Part shown: piece after piece, positions 11,703-22,711 of the stretch
Position numbering within the stretch: the stretch's first letter is position 1
Layout: each line of letters starts with the position of its first letter
Assembly (NCBI RefSeq): GCF_001194135.2
Contig: NC_069008.1
Location: 13,015,424 to 13,048,989, forward strand
Length of the DNA stretch: 33,566 nucleotides
DNA from: Octopus bimaculoides
Lineage: Eukaryota
Reading direction: 5' to 3'
Notes under the pieces: model-generated
Told to the model about the DNA's origin: nothing
Database searches by the model: none
Seen by the model: only the letters and a program-made list of their open reading frames with translations
Program-made: the position numbers and the translations under genes

Positions 11703-14687
11703 TCATTTGTCTCCAAAACCTCGAGGGACATGAATGTGTCTACCTTTATCAGAAACTGTCAGATCCTGTAGATATAAAGAAGAAGACAACATTTCACTGA
11801 CAGAAATGTTTCTGGAAAATACATCTACCAGGTCGATATAATAATTAAGTTGATTATTTGTAACGAGATCGTTAACCAACAAATTATGGTCGTTTATAGC
11901 AAACATACGGCTGTTCTCTATAAGATATACAAACATTTGGTCAATAGATCCACCGTAGAGATTGAGGGGACGTTTCACTTGGGACATTAAAACACTGGGG
12001 ACCATCTTAATACTACAAGGATGATGATCATGACGATGACGACGACCATGACTACCATAAACATGACCATCACGACTGATGTGAGTGTTGTACCGAAAAG
12101 CTTTTTGCTTTGTCACAATTAATAGCTTTTCTGTTTCCTTTTCTATTGATAATGATTTCACTCCAAAAGGAATATTAATTCTATGAATTATTTCAACTTG
12201 ATTATAGTTTTTAATGGCTAGAATATCTAAATGTGATGGTTTATCACAATAACAAACAATTTCACCTTCACCCATCTTACACAGCCGTACATAAGGCTGC
12301 CTTAATGATACACTTCTCACTGTCTTTGATAGGTTTCCAACGACCCTTAATTGTTTCTGTAGGGGTAATGTGACACCTATATGATTAAAATCCCATCGAC
12401 ATATATCCGTAGCTGTAGATGGCAGAGATAATCTCGACACAATGTCTCCTTCATTAGAAATGTATAACAAGCAATCATGGTTGATGTCGGACACCACCAA
12501 CTGTCCATTTGCCAGATTACATATTTCGCCAATGACAAGTTTTTTGTCATTCTCCTTTTCTTTGAGTCGTAGATTTAGATTTCTGATATAAGGATTTTTC
12601 AGGTGTAAACAACAGCCAGACGACCGGTCCTGATACTTGTAAAGAAGGACCCTGTTGAGTTGAGTGTCCGGTAGATAAACAGTTCCTTGGAAAACAGCAA
12701 TGTGAGGGTGAACAGGGAAAGGCAGTTGCCACTGCCATTTCATTTCTCCATATATATCATAACATATCAGAATAGAGTGTCTCTTGAAGAGGACATAAAA
12801 ATAAACATTATCAGAGTAGATGTGATGAGGGTAGCCATAGAATGGAAGGTATTTTTGAAAAAGTTCTTCACCGGATATGGAATAAAATACCAGTTTATTT
12901 TTCCTTCCATTGACAACTACAAAATTAATTGGAGTTGCAGCAATGGTGACATTAGAATGTCCCAGAGAAATTCTTTCAATAATGTCAACTTTATCTTCTT
13001 TGATCAATAGGATATGGACCTCGTTTTTGTTTTCAGTGGTGGTCACAGCTAAACACTTATTTGATACAATATGACATATTTCCATGTAATCAGTTTGGAC
13101 CTTTATTAAAGGGCCTTTTCTTAGTTCAGGACAGGTGATACACTGAAGTCCTTTCGTTTCATGGTAAAACACCAGAAAGTTGTTTGAGTTGAATCTACAA
13201 AAGATAGAAAGAAGCTCAAGGAAAACTAAATTATTTTGGTTAATTATTTCCTCATTATCAGCGAATAATATAGCTTTCTTATTATTGTAAATTATTAATA
13301 TAGAAAATGTAGACATAGGTAGAATATTTGTTATGTTGTAGCAATCTTCAATATAAATATGATCGTTCAAACTGGGGGTAGGTAGCTGTTGAGTGTAAGA
13401 CAGCTTGGGCCAAAAATCTTTATCTGTTCTAATGATGTGAGCAACACCAAAATAATCTGTTACTAAAATAGTGTCTGTTCCAACAGAAATATGCCGGTAT
13501 TTCCTGCCAACATCTCTCTTTGCCACACGACCTGTAGCTGAAATCTTATAAATAATATGTCCCTGAAGGACATAGAAATTATCTTTGTATGTAGTGATGT
13601 CAGTTGCTAGATCCAGAGAATTAGTGATGACCTCAAATAATTGCTGGCCATCCAGATTGTAACAGATAACTCTATTAATATTGGAAAACGATATTAACAG
13701 GTTATTCTGTAGACCTACAGCAATATCTGCAGGTATTTCTTTTGTAATGAATTTATTTTTAATTCTCATATCAACCCAGTTCACAAGGTAAATTGTCTTA
13801 CCAAACATTTCTACACCCATAAATATAGAATGTTCTAGGTAAGAAACCTTATAGAAACCAAATGGAAGTGTTTTGATTTTAAAGCTTACGGAATTAATAA
13901 TAAGAATCAGTTTTTGAAAAGGGAGGGTGGCCAGAACAGTGTCTTGAGCAATTCTGGTGAAATCTGTGACAGGAGATGGACAATGGACATCATTTCTGTC
14001 ACCGTCTCTTGTCACACAACATATTGTCATACAATGGTGGGAATATGTTACTACCCCACCTTGTATTGCAACAATATTGGATATTTTGTTGTTGCCAGTA
14101 TCTTCAGATTCATCAATCTTTGCTTCTCTGATTACAACTGGACAAAGAGGTCGAAATTTTAGGGTTAATTTTGGTGCCTCAATGGTCTTGTGTTTGTCTT
14201 GTAAAACATTTGTCTTTAAATAGTGTTTCAAGAACAATTCTAGTTTTCCAAAAATAATAAATTCTTGATTGTAATTGTTTTTCTTAATGTCTTTCATCAA
14301 AATATCTATTCTCTGCGTATAATCTTGTAGGAAATCCTTTTTATCCAGTCCTATGTGTTTTAAAAAAGTACATATTTTTTCCTGAAAGTTTATCAACATA
14401 TTAATTTTGTCTTCATATGCATTGCATCTTGTATAATATATGTGCTTATCGAATACATCTCGTCTTCCAGTTATTTCCCTCTTTTTATGGTCTTCTTTAC
14501 GTTGTTTTTGTCTTGTTATTGACTGAGATGAAGGTTGTGTCTGTGACATCTCTCGCCTTGAACCAACATCTCCCCAGTATATACACTTTTGATTGTAGAT
14601 TCCATCAACACTTTTTGTTGTTGAGTCACAGGAATCTCTTTTCAGAAATTTATGTGTTCTTGAAGTATTTCGTATTTGGTCTTCCAT
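11703..14687 (-). CDS. N-terminal 994 aa of a TRIM-like coiled-coil plus tandem NHL-type beta-propeller protein
   Basis: ATG at 14687 lies 7 nt after a good acceptor. Helical segment YEDKINMLINFQEK...QRIDILMKDIKK. Blade motifs PVTDFTRIAQDTVLATLPFQK, PADIAVGLQNNLLIS, TATDICRWDFNHIGVTLPLQK, EICNLANGQLVVSDINHDCL. No RING or B-box seen. Confidence 0.75.
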   Translation of the reverse strand: MEDQIRNTSRTHKFLKRDSCDSTTKSVDGIYNQKCIYWGDVGSRREMSQTQPSSQSITRQKQRKEDHKKREITGRRDVFDKHIYYTRCNAYEDKINMLINFQEKICTFLKHIGLDKKDFLQDYTQRIDILMKDIKKNNYNQEFIIFGKLELFLKHYLKTNVLQDKHKTIEAPKLTLKFRPLCPVVIREAKIDESEDTGNNKISNIVAIQGGVVTYSHHCMTICCVTRDGDRNDVHCPSPVTDFTRIAQDTVLATLPFQKLILIINSVSFKIKTLPFGFYKVSYLEHSIFMGVEMFGKTIYLVNWVDMRIKNKFITKEIPADIAVGLQNNLLISFSNINRVICYNLDGQQLFEVITNSLDLATDITTYKDNFYVLQGHIIYKISATGRVAKRDVGRKYRHISVGTDTILVTDYFGVAHIIRTDKDFWPKLSYTQQLPTPSLNDHIYIEDCYNITNILPMSTFSILIIYNNKKAILFADNEEIINQNNLVFLELLSIFCRFNSNNFLVFYHETKGLQCITCPELRKGPLIKVQTDYMEICHIVSNKCLAVTTTENKNEVHILLIKEDKVDIIERISLGHSNVTIAATPINFVVVNGRKNKLVFYSISGEELFQKYLPFYGYPHHIYSDNVYFYVLFKRHSILICYDIYGEMKWQWQLPFPVHPHIAVFQGTVYLPDTQLNRVLLYKYQDRSSGCCLHLKNPYIRNLNLRLKEKENDKKLVIGEICNLANGQLVVSDINHDCLLYISNEGDIVSRLSLPSTATDICRWDFNHIGVTLPLQKQLRVVGNLSKTVRSVSLRQPYVRLCKMGEGEIVCYCDKPSHLDILAIKNYNQVEIIHRINIPFGVKSLSIEKETEKLLIVTKQKAFRYNTHISRDGHVYGSHGRRHRHDHHPCSIKMVPSVLMSQVKRPLNLYGGSIDQMFVYLIENSRMFAINDHNLLVNDLVTNNQLNYYIDLVDVFSRNISVSEMLSSSLYLQDLTVSDKGRHIHVPRGFGDK

Positions 14688-14694
14688 AGTGAAT

Positions 14695-14720
14695 CTATAA
14701 TGAAATGTAAAGAAAATATT
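14695..14720 (-). promoter_or_regulatory. Putative splice acceptor just upstream of the propeller ATG
   Basis: Minus strand reads attttctttacatttcattatag|attcactATG. Confidence 0.55.
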
Positions 14721-14991
14721 TAGCTTTGTGAAAAATACCTAAGTTTCAGCAAGATGGTGGTTACTTCATTATTTTAAACATACAAACAAAACATTTCTGT
14801 ATTTCTGTAACAGTATTGGTTTGTCTAATTAATATTTAAACAACTTTTCGCTGGAATAATAATTAGCAATAAACATCTTATTACAATCTATTGCAAGATG
14901 TATTAATATGTTTCATTAATTACACGGAGTAAAAATATTAGCACACCATTTATTAACTTGGAAAGCTTATCAAAAGATGGGGTTTAATATA

Positions 14992-15353
14992 TTGTTGTTG
15001 GCATTCCATCGCTTACGATGACTAACGTTCCAGTTGATCCGATCAACGGAACAGCCTGCTCGTGAAATTAATGTGCAAGTGGCTGAGCACTCCACAGACA
15101 TGCTTACCCTTAACGTAGTTCTCGGGGATATTCAGCGTGACACAGTGTGACAAGGCTGGCCCTTTGAATTACAGGCACAACAGAAACAGGAAGAAAGAGT
15201 GAGAGAAAATTGTGGTGAAAGAGTACAGCAGGGTTCGCCACCATCCCCTGCTGGAGCCTCTTGGAGCTTTAGGTTTTTTCGCTCAATAAACACTCACAAC
15301 GTGATCCTATGACCTCGAGTCCACTGCCCTAACCACTAGGCCATTGTGTCTCC
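14992..15353 (-). mobile_element. Full-length SINE family A with 15-bp TSD
   Basis: Reverse complement of the 4172 copy, with a ttgttgttg tail. TSD atggggtttaatata at 14977-14991 and 15354-15368. Confidence 0.9.
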
Positions 15354-15483
15354 ATGGGGTTTAATATAATCACACTGTTATGCAGCATGTTGAGAGGATC
15401 ATTAATATTTGTTCATGATTGGGATAATAAAGATTGGTTAAACCTAATTAATAAAAGGCTGGTCATTCTAATTATATTTAATA

Positions 15484-16233
15484 CTAGGACTGAAAAATGT
15501 GCATGCTCAAAAGGGTTACAAAATGTCATAATAAACCTTAAAAAGCTCAAAAATATTGGAATCACTCTATGTTGTACATTCTGTGGCATCTTAAAGCGAA
15601 AAGAGACTTATGTGTGAATTCCAATGTCACAATAATTATTAAACCGAGTTCTTAATATATAAATCTGAAAATGTACAAAATATGATCTTTAACTTCGAAT
15701 AAGTAAATTCATTATAATGCTCTTCCTATCAAAGTATGTAAAAAAACATATTTCACACTGCATGCAAATTACCATGGTAATAATAATAATTAAAAAAACT
15801 GGATTTATGATGAAGTCAAATCTATATAACAGTGAAAGTACGAAAGCGAAAGTACGAAAGCAAAGACAATTCGCATTATGATGCATATATTAATGGAATT
15901 GTTATGCGAATTAAATTGTTACTAAATTATTTTGGATTGATTACGTGTAAATTTATAAAAATTACTATTCATGGATTGAATTATTGCGAAAGGTGACATT
16001 AATATTTGTACACAATTGTTTTGTTAAAATTGAGCATACGATAATTTGACTTAACTTTTAATAAAACTTAATTTCGATGAACTAAACAAATTTCTTGTGA
16101 TAAAAGGATTCCACAGAATGTACAACATAAAGTGATTCCAGTATTTTTGATCAACAATGCTAGTCCCATACATTTTAAGGTTTATTATGACATTCTGTTA
16201 CCCTTTTGAGCATGCATATTTCTCAATTCTGGT
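15484..16233. mobile_element. Non-autonomous DNA transposon (MITE-like), ~750 bp, with 110-130-bp terminal inverted repeats (TIRs)
   Basis: 15484-15590 (gcatgctcaaaagggttacaaaatgtcataataaaccttaaaa...ggaatcactctatgttgtacattctgtgg) is the reverse complement of 16107-16233, apart from a ~20-nt indel. Confidence 0.75.
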
Positions 16234-16299
16234 TTTATACATTTTAAGGCAATGCTTGTAATATTTTATATATGTACTGTATTTCTTCTAATGGTGTGG

Positions 16300-16970
16300 C
16301 AGCTAATGGATGTACGTCTGTGTGTGTGTGTATGCATGCTTCTTGTGTGTGAGTGGGTATGCGTGCTTGTTCTCATGTGTGAGTGTGTGTGTATGTGTGT
16401 GTGTCTGTGCATGTGCTATTTCTTGGCAGGTGAAGAGTGTATTGTTTTATGTCAGTAGAGGAGATATAACTGGTGTAATTTATGAACTACACACACACAC
16501 ACACGTACATCCAGTAACTTCCTCCACATACATAAATACATGAACACAAAACACACTTGCACGCATGCATACACACACACACAAGAACAAGCATGAAAAC
16601 ATACACACACACATGAAGCACAGACACACACACACACAGATGTACATCTATTAGCTTCCTCTTCCACTTCAACAGGTCAAACAGAACAAGCATGCACAAA
16701 GACAGCTCTGTGCCAAACTGTCCATCATTGGTTGATTTAAAAATTAACCAATAAAACGCAATCACCACACAAACGGCCATGGCCCCCTTACACTTTTATT
16801 CACAAGCTAGGCATGTATTGTCAGCATGCAGTAGACTGTTGGTGGTCACTGATGAGACAGTTTTTAGGTTACAATGAGAAACAAACAGAAAAGGGGGATT
16901 AGCAAGTGAAGTGTATTTTGTTTTATGTTAGTTAAGGGGATATAACTGGTGTAGTTTGTTATGAAGTATT
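16300..16970. repeat. Microsatellite-bearing complex repeat (inverted TG/CA blocks plus a ~55-bp direct repeat)
   Basis: gctaatggatgtacgtctgtgtg (~16302) is inverted at ~16635-16657. gtgtattgttttatgtcagtagaggagatataactggtgta (~16436) recurs at ~16911. Confidence 0.6.
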
Positions 16971-18119
16971 GGGTATTTAATGATGTTGATTTAGAAATAT
17001 TGGCAGGGTGTTTAATGATATTCTGGTGACTCATTAGAAATCATCATCATCATAATTATTCTCCACCTCCTACTTCGTCTATAAAATAACGAGTTAAAGA
17101 AGTGATTTTAAATTCTCAATCACAGGATAATGCTAATAATATAGCCTGAACAGGATAAACTACCCCCATTTTGCAGAAAAAAAAGTGTAGGTGGTTAGCA
17201 ATGAGACGCGAACTCACACCTCAGTGAGTGTTATTTTATTGACCCCAGGGAAAATGAAAGGGAAAATGACCCTCTTCAAAATGTCAGCTCCCTGAATAAA
17301 CACGGACTAAACAGCATATTGTTTTTGAAAAATACATTGATTTCACTTTCTTCAATTGGATTAAAGTTATGTTGTTGTTATTGCTGTTGTTGATATCAAA
17401 TTTTATGAAGAGAAAACCAGATAATTGCAAATAATTGAAATGTGAAATTAGAATGGAACTTATGCTTATGTTTCACTTGTGCCATTCTACTTGGTTTATA
17501 TTAAAAACACAAACAAAAAAAAAATCATACGAAAACTCAATAATCATATTAAGCTTTAATGTATATATGTATGTACACATGCACATATATGAACGCTTAT
17601 GTATAATATATGCCCTAACAAGCTTGCGCATATGTATATTTATAGATCTATATGTACATATGTATCTACAATCATCATTTTAACCTCACTTTTCATGCTG
17701 GAATGTGATGGATGGCTCAAAGAACATCTTGCTTGAAGTTGCATTTTATGATTTTCTTTCACTGAGCATTTTAGAGATATTGTTATTTTTTCATAATAGA
17801 GTTTATAATAATTCCAGACAATATGAAATATGCCTCAGAAACTATCCATCTGATAAACAATATTGAAGGTGGTGAGAAAACATTTCATGCCTTCCACATG
17901 AAAATAATGTAGGATAAAGATGTGGGGAGAGAAAAATATATGTTGTTATCAAATTGTTTAATATTTAAACAATTCTTTTTGTTTATTTCAAGATATAAAT
18001 AAAAAATTAAATTACTAGAACACTTACATTTATATTCAAAGTTTAATATGAAAATAAAAATCAGTTTTAAAAATTTCATTGATTGAATGAAAGAAAACAT
18101 CAGTTAGTGGGGTTGTTAG

Positions 18120-18230
18120 AATGTCAGACAGAATATTTTGTGGTAGTTATTCTCACTATGTTCAGGGTTCAAATCTTAGTGAGGTTAATTTGTTTTTTAT
18201 CCTACAAGGGTTGATAAATAAAATACCAGT
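18120..18230 (+). mobile_element. Degenerate SINE family D fragment
   Basis: gggttcaaatc...gaggttaatttg...ttgataaataaaataccagt resembles 27850-28050. Confidence 0.45.
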
Positions 18231-18589
18231 CTGAGATGATGGTCTTATGGAATCATAAGACTTGGGCGAGATGCCATGCAGTATTTAATGTGGTTCTTTG
18301 TGATCTGAGTTGAAATTCCTATTTTCACATAACCGCAGGTCCCTTAGCCTCCTTTTAACAGAGGATTTCTCAATTGCATGCATTCATGTTAGGTCTCTTG
18401 TTTTTGAGAATATCTTCTTCCTACCAGTCTTGAAACTCTGGAAAAATAAAGGCTCTTACACAGGGTCTAATTCCCCTTGATTAAACTTCTAAAAAAGGGA
18501 GTTTACCAAAAACAACCAATTGATTCAATTGATTTACAAATTTGAAATTTCATTTCAGAATTAGAAATCATTGTAAACTACCTAAAATA

Positions 18590-19100
18590 CTGTTTAATTA
18601 ATTGAATATTTTCACTCCTTTCATTTCCATCGAATGGTTTTTACATAGTTTATAAATAAATAAATGCACACTTTTAAAGCCTAGCCAGGCTCATGGGCCC
18701 GGTTTCCCGGTTTCATTGACTTATGTGTTCCCCCGCTGGATGGGACGCCAGTCCATCGCAGCGTTACTCATTTTTGCCAGCTGAGTGGACNNNNNNNNNN
18801 CTGTTTAATTAATTGAATATTTTCACTCCTTTCATTTCCATCGAATGGTTTTTACATAGTTTATAAATAAATAAATGCACACTTTTAAAGCCTAGCCAGG
18901 CTCATGGGCCTGGTTTCCCGGTTTCAATGACTTATGTGTTCCCCCGCTGGATGGGACGCCAGTCCATCACAGCATTACTCATTTTTGCCAGCTGAGTGGA
19001 CTGGAGCAACGTGAAATGAAGTGTTTTGCTCAAGAACACAACGTGTCGCNNNNNNNNNNGTGAAATGAAGTGTTTTGCTCAAGAACACAACGTGTCGCCC
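18590..19100. other. Uncollapsed allelic overlaps around two 10-N gaps
   Basis: 18590-18790 is repeated at 18801-19001 with a few substitutions. gtgaaatgaag...gtgtcgc is repeated either side of 19050-19059. Confidence 0.8.
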
Positions 19101-19172
19101 GGTCCAGGAATCGAAACCACAATCTTACGATCATGATGCCAACACCCTAACCACTAAGCCACACGCCTCCAC
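18862..19172 (-). mobile_element. tRNA-derived SINE family C with (TAAA)n tail and ~11-bp TSD
   Basis: Minus-strand head tggaggcgtgtggcttagtggttaggg...ggtttcgattcc. TSD tttacatagtt at 18851-18861 and 19173-19183. Confidence 0.8.
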
Positions 19173-19816
19173 TTTACATAGTTATAACCAAACTATATTT
19201 CATATTATATTCTGTAAATGTAATGTTTTACTTGTAATGTGACACTGTAAAATGTTTAAACAATGTCTAGTTTATAAAATGGTGTGTGAAAATAAAACTA
19301 CTTTGGAATATAACGGTATATTTATGTTTGAAATAGTTCTAACAAACCTTTAACAATGCAAATGAGTTAGTAAATTGTTAATTAAAATAATAATCACAAT
19401 AATATTTACCCAAGTTAACAATAATGTTCAAATTTCAGCCTGAAGTTTTCTCTCTCAGGTTAATATCATGTAAACTCTCTTCGTTGAAACAGTGAATGCC
19501 ATAGTTCTGGTGTTCTTTAAAGCATACCAGAAAGAAGTGGGCATTACCTCCTACACATGTGTCAATGTGTAGCTTTGTTTAAATGTATGTGTATATATGT
19601 TGTAGTGCATACGAATATGTGTGTGCGTGCGTGTGCGTTGTAGAGTCTATGTCAAACATTCTACATAGACAATTCACACACTGTACGAACAATATATTTC
19701 TCTCCTCCTCTTCCTCCTCCCATTTACTTCTACATTCTTTCTTTCTTTCTTTGATTATGTCATCTCCAGCATTGCCACCATTACTATTTCATCACTCCTC
19801 TAATGAATATATATAT

Positions 19817-19848
<32 letters not shown>

Positions 19849-19983
19849 ATACATACATTCTTATACAAACGTATATGGATGTATACATACATTTTTATAC
19901 AAACATATATGGATATAAACATACATTTTTATACAAACATACTCAAATATATATATGTACACACATATATACATACATACACA

Positions 19984-20355
19984 TGTGGCCATGTGGTAAG
20001 TAGCTTGCTTACTAACCACATGGTTCCAGGTTTGGTCCCACTGCATGGCACCTTGGGCAAATGTCTTCTACTATAACCTCAGGCTGACCAAATCCTTGTA
20101 AGGGGATTTGGTAGGTAGAAACTGAAAGAAGCCTGTCGTATATATATATATGTATATGTTTGTCCCCCCACCATCGCTTGACAACCAATGTTGGTGCGAT
20201 TACGTCTCTGTAACTTAGCAGTTCGGCAAAAAAGATCAATAGAATAAGTACTAGGCTTACAAAGAATAAGCCCTGGGGTCGATTTGTTTGACTAAAGGCG
20301 GTGCTCCAGCATGGCTCCGATCAAATGACTAAAACAAATAAAAGAATAAAAGAAT
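19984..20355 (+). mobile_element. SINE family B
   Basis: Colinear with 21344-21757. Confidence 0.85.
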
Positions 20356-20418
20356 ATATACACATGTATATATATATGTATGTATGTATGTATATATGTG
20401 TGTGTGTGTGTGTATATT

Positions 20419-20460
<42 letters not shown>

Positions 20461-20525
20461 ACATATGTATATACACACACACACACTCATATATATGCAT
20501 GCATGTATGTATGTATGTATATACA
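20356..20525. repeat. Compound TA/TG/CA microsatellite
   Basis: Direct reading of the sequence. Confidence 0.9.
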
Positions 20526-21343
20526 CAGATGTTTCAAAAATAATCCAATACCATCATTTTTGAAAGATTCATTTCTAGCCGAGGTCTATATTCCAGGTGT
20601 GCTAGGTGTGCACTGCACACCCATCAGAAATGGTAAATTCATTATAAATATCAACCTTACTCATTAATTTAATCATGAAAGAATTTCAACCATGTTTCAT
20701 GGTCTGCTACTACAACAGTGCCTTTATAGGATCCAGTTAGCTCAAGACATCATCAGGAGGAACCACGTCCAGTTTCGGCCCCTACTTCTCTACCGTTTTG
20801 ACGTGGCGCCCCCCCCCCCTTTCGGAGGTGTCTTCAGCTCTGGTGTTGGGTGCAGTCTTCTTTCTTCTATTCCCTGGCCTCTTCGATGCAGCATCAACGA
20901 GTGTCAGCGTCCGACTGACTGCAATGGAAAGCTTTTGTTATATTTTTATATTGTTATTATATTGTTGGATTTTTGTCTGTGTGTCCTGCTAGCCTTTACT
21001 CTAAAGCCATTAAACACTAATCTATATTCAGTTATACATTCTTCCCCATGGAATTGCTTGACATTTACAGCCATCTCGCTAACCTGTCACCCGCAGAGAG
21101 AAACGAGTGAGTTGCTGTGAATTACAAATGTAATATTTTGAATGTCATCGTAGTTTCCAGTTTTAGAGTCTGTGAATGTCATACATAATTTAGTTATTCT
21201 TTAGAAACTAAATCTATGGAAAGTATGGAGAAAGAAATAGTGACACTGAGGGGAAGCTTAGAGCTTGTTGAAAAGTTTGTCTAATCCCTCAAGTTGTGAA
21301 AAGAAACAAACAACCCTGCACCACAAGTATTATCTTAACAAAT

Positions 21344-21509
21344 AGGCGCAGGAGTGGCTGTGTGGTAAGTAGCTTGCTTACCAACCACATGGTTCCGGGT
21401 TCAGTCCCACAGCGTGGCACCTTGGGCAAGTGTTTTCTACGATAGCCTCGGGCCGACGAAAGCCTTCTGAGTGGATTTGGTAGACGGAAACTGAAAGAAG
21501 CCCGTCGTA

Positions 21510-21550
<41 letters not shown>

Positions 21551-21757
21551 TTGTGTGTCTGTGTTTGTCCCCCCAACATCGCTTGACAACCGATGCTGGT
21601 GTGTTTACGTCCCCGTAACTTAGCGGTTCGGCAAAAAGAGACCGATAGAATAAGTACGAGGCTTCCAAAGAATAAGTCCTGGGGTCGATTTGCTTGACTA
21701 AAGGTGGTGCTCCAGCATGGCCACAGTCAAAAGACTGAAACAAGTAAAAGAGTAAAA
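21344..21757 (+). mobile_element. SINE family B, best-preserved copy (CpGs intact)
   Basis: aggcgcaggagtggctgtgtggtaagtagc...ccgggttcagtccc...aagtaaaagagtaaaa. Confidence 0.9.
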
Positions 21758-22711
21758 CACATAATTAATAACATGTAGTTAAATTTTAATTAATACCCAG
21801 TTGATTACTATTGGCATTGAGCAATGTCCTCAGATTTCTCTTTTTAAACTAAACCAAGAACTGATAGAAGTGGACCAAAGTAAAATTTGAAATGTCTTTC
21901 AAGTATTTTTATTGAAATATATCCAACATTATTGTTTGGACCTAGGTCAGCCCTGATTAAGTAAAAGACATTTCAGCAACGATCATCCTGTCTTTTTTTC
22001 TCTTCAGAAGATTTACCCTTCAGACATATTGGAATTATCTAATTAATTATTATTAATTGACTAAGATTTATGTTTTCATAATTTTTCTAATCAGTTTTGT
22101 AATACTCAAAGTCTTAAATATGGTAACAACTGACTCGGTCATTGATTTTAATGCACATGGAGTCCCTAGGTAACATGTCAGTTGTTTATTATTCAAAACT
22201 GTCAAGGACCCCATTATCTGATGTTCTTAGGTCAAGTAGGCCCCCATAATTTTTGCTTTTATACATTTGAGTTCAAAATTACATGATGTGTATGTAATAG
22301 AGCCTTTGTTTTATATATCACACACACACAAATCTACTCTATTCGCACACACATACACAATTCTTATTCTTTTTTCCCTTACTTAATATCTATATATTGT
22401 CAATAAATTCTTAAATGTCACCATTATATAACCTCACACACTCCACCTCTTTATATACGAAGTAGGAGTGTAATTAAGAGTTAGCTTATTTTGTAAATGG
22501 AATCGTGTAGAAAACTTTGCTAAATGCAATTAATATTGTAATGAATTGCTTGGAAGTCTAATAATAGGATAATCATATGTCAGGTCTCCATTTGTATGTA
22601 TACACACACACACACACACAGACACACACACATGCGTGTAATGCATATCAGTGTGTGTGTGTGTGTGTATTTATACATACGTAAATGTATATATATATAT
22701 ATATATCTTTA

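Noticed and set aside
11703-11705. Selenocysteine reading of the UGA
   Set aside because: It lies in a linker with no redox-type context, and I could not identify a SECIS element downstream by eye. A SECIS search was not run.
11699-11743. A 45-nt GT...AG in-frame mini-intron (aag|gtagac...tgaccag|tg) that would splice out the TGA
   Set aside because: Very short, with no polypyrimidine tract and a branch-like tgac only 3 nt from the AG. It looks like a gene-predictor escape, although RNA-seq should still be checked.
9255-14687. Prokaryote-like or viral two-gene operon (GTG start 3 bp after a stop)
   Set aside because: A splice acceptor before the ATG, mollusc-type TRIM/NHL motifs, host-like AT content and the absence of viral or transposon hallmark genes all favour one host exon.
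16849-16885. CUGAUGA-GAC...GAGAAAC on the + strand
   Set aside because: No stem II or stem III pairing.
19850-19945. ~34-bp tandem repeat (about 2.7 copies) superficially like a repeat-spacer array
   Set aside because: Contiguous AT-rich minisatellite with no unique spacers, in a eukaryotic context. Not CRISPR.
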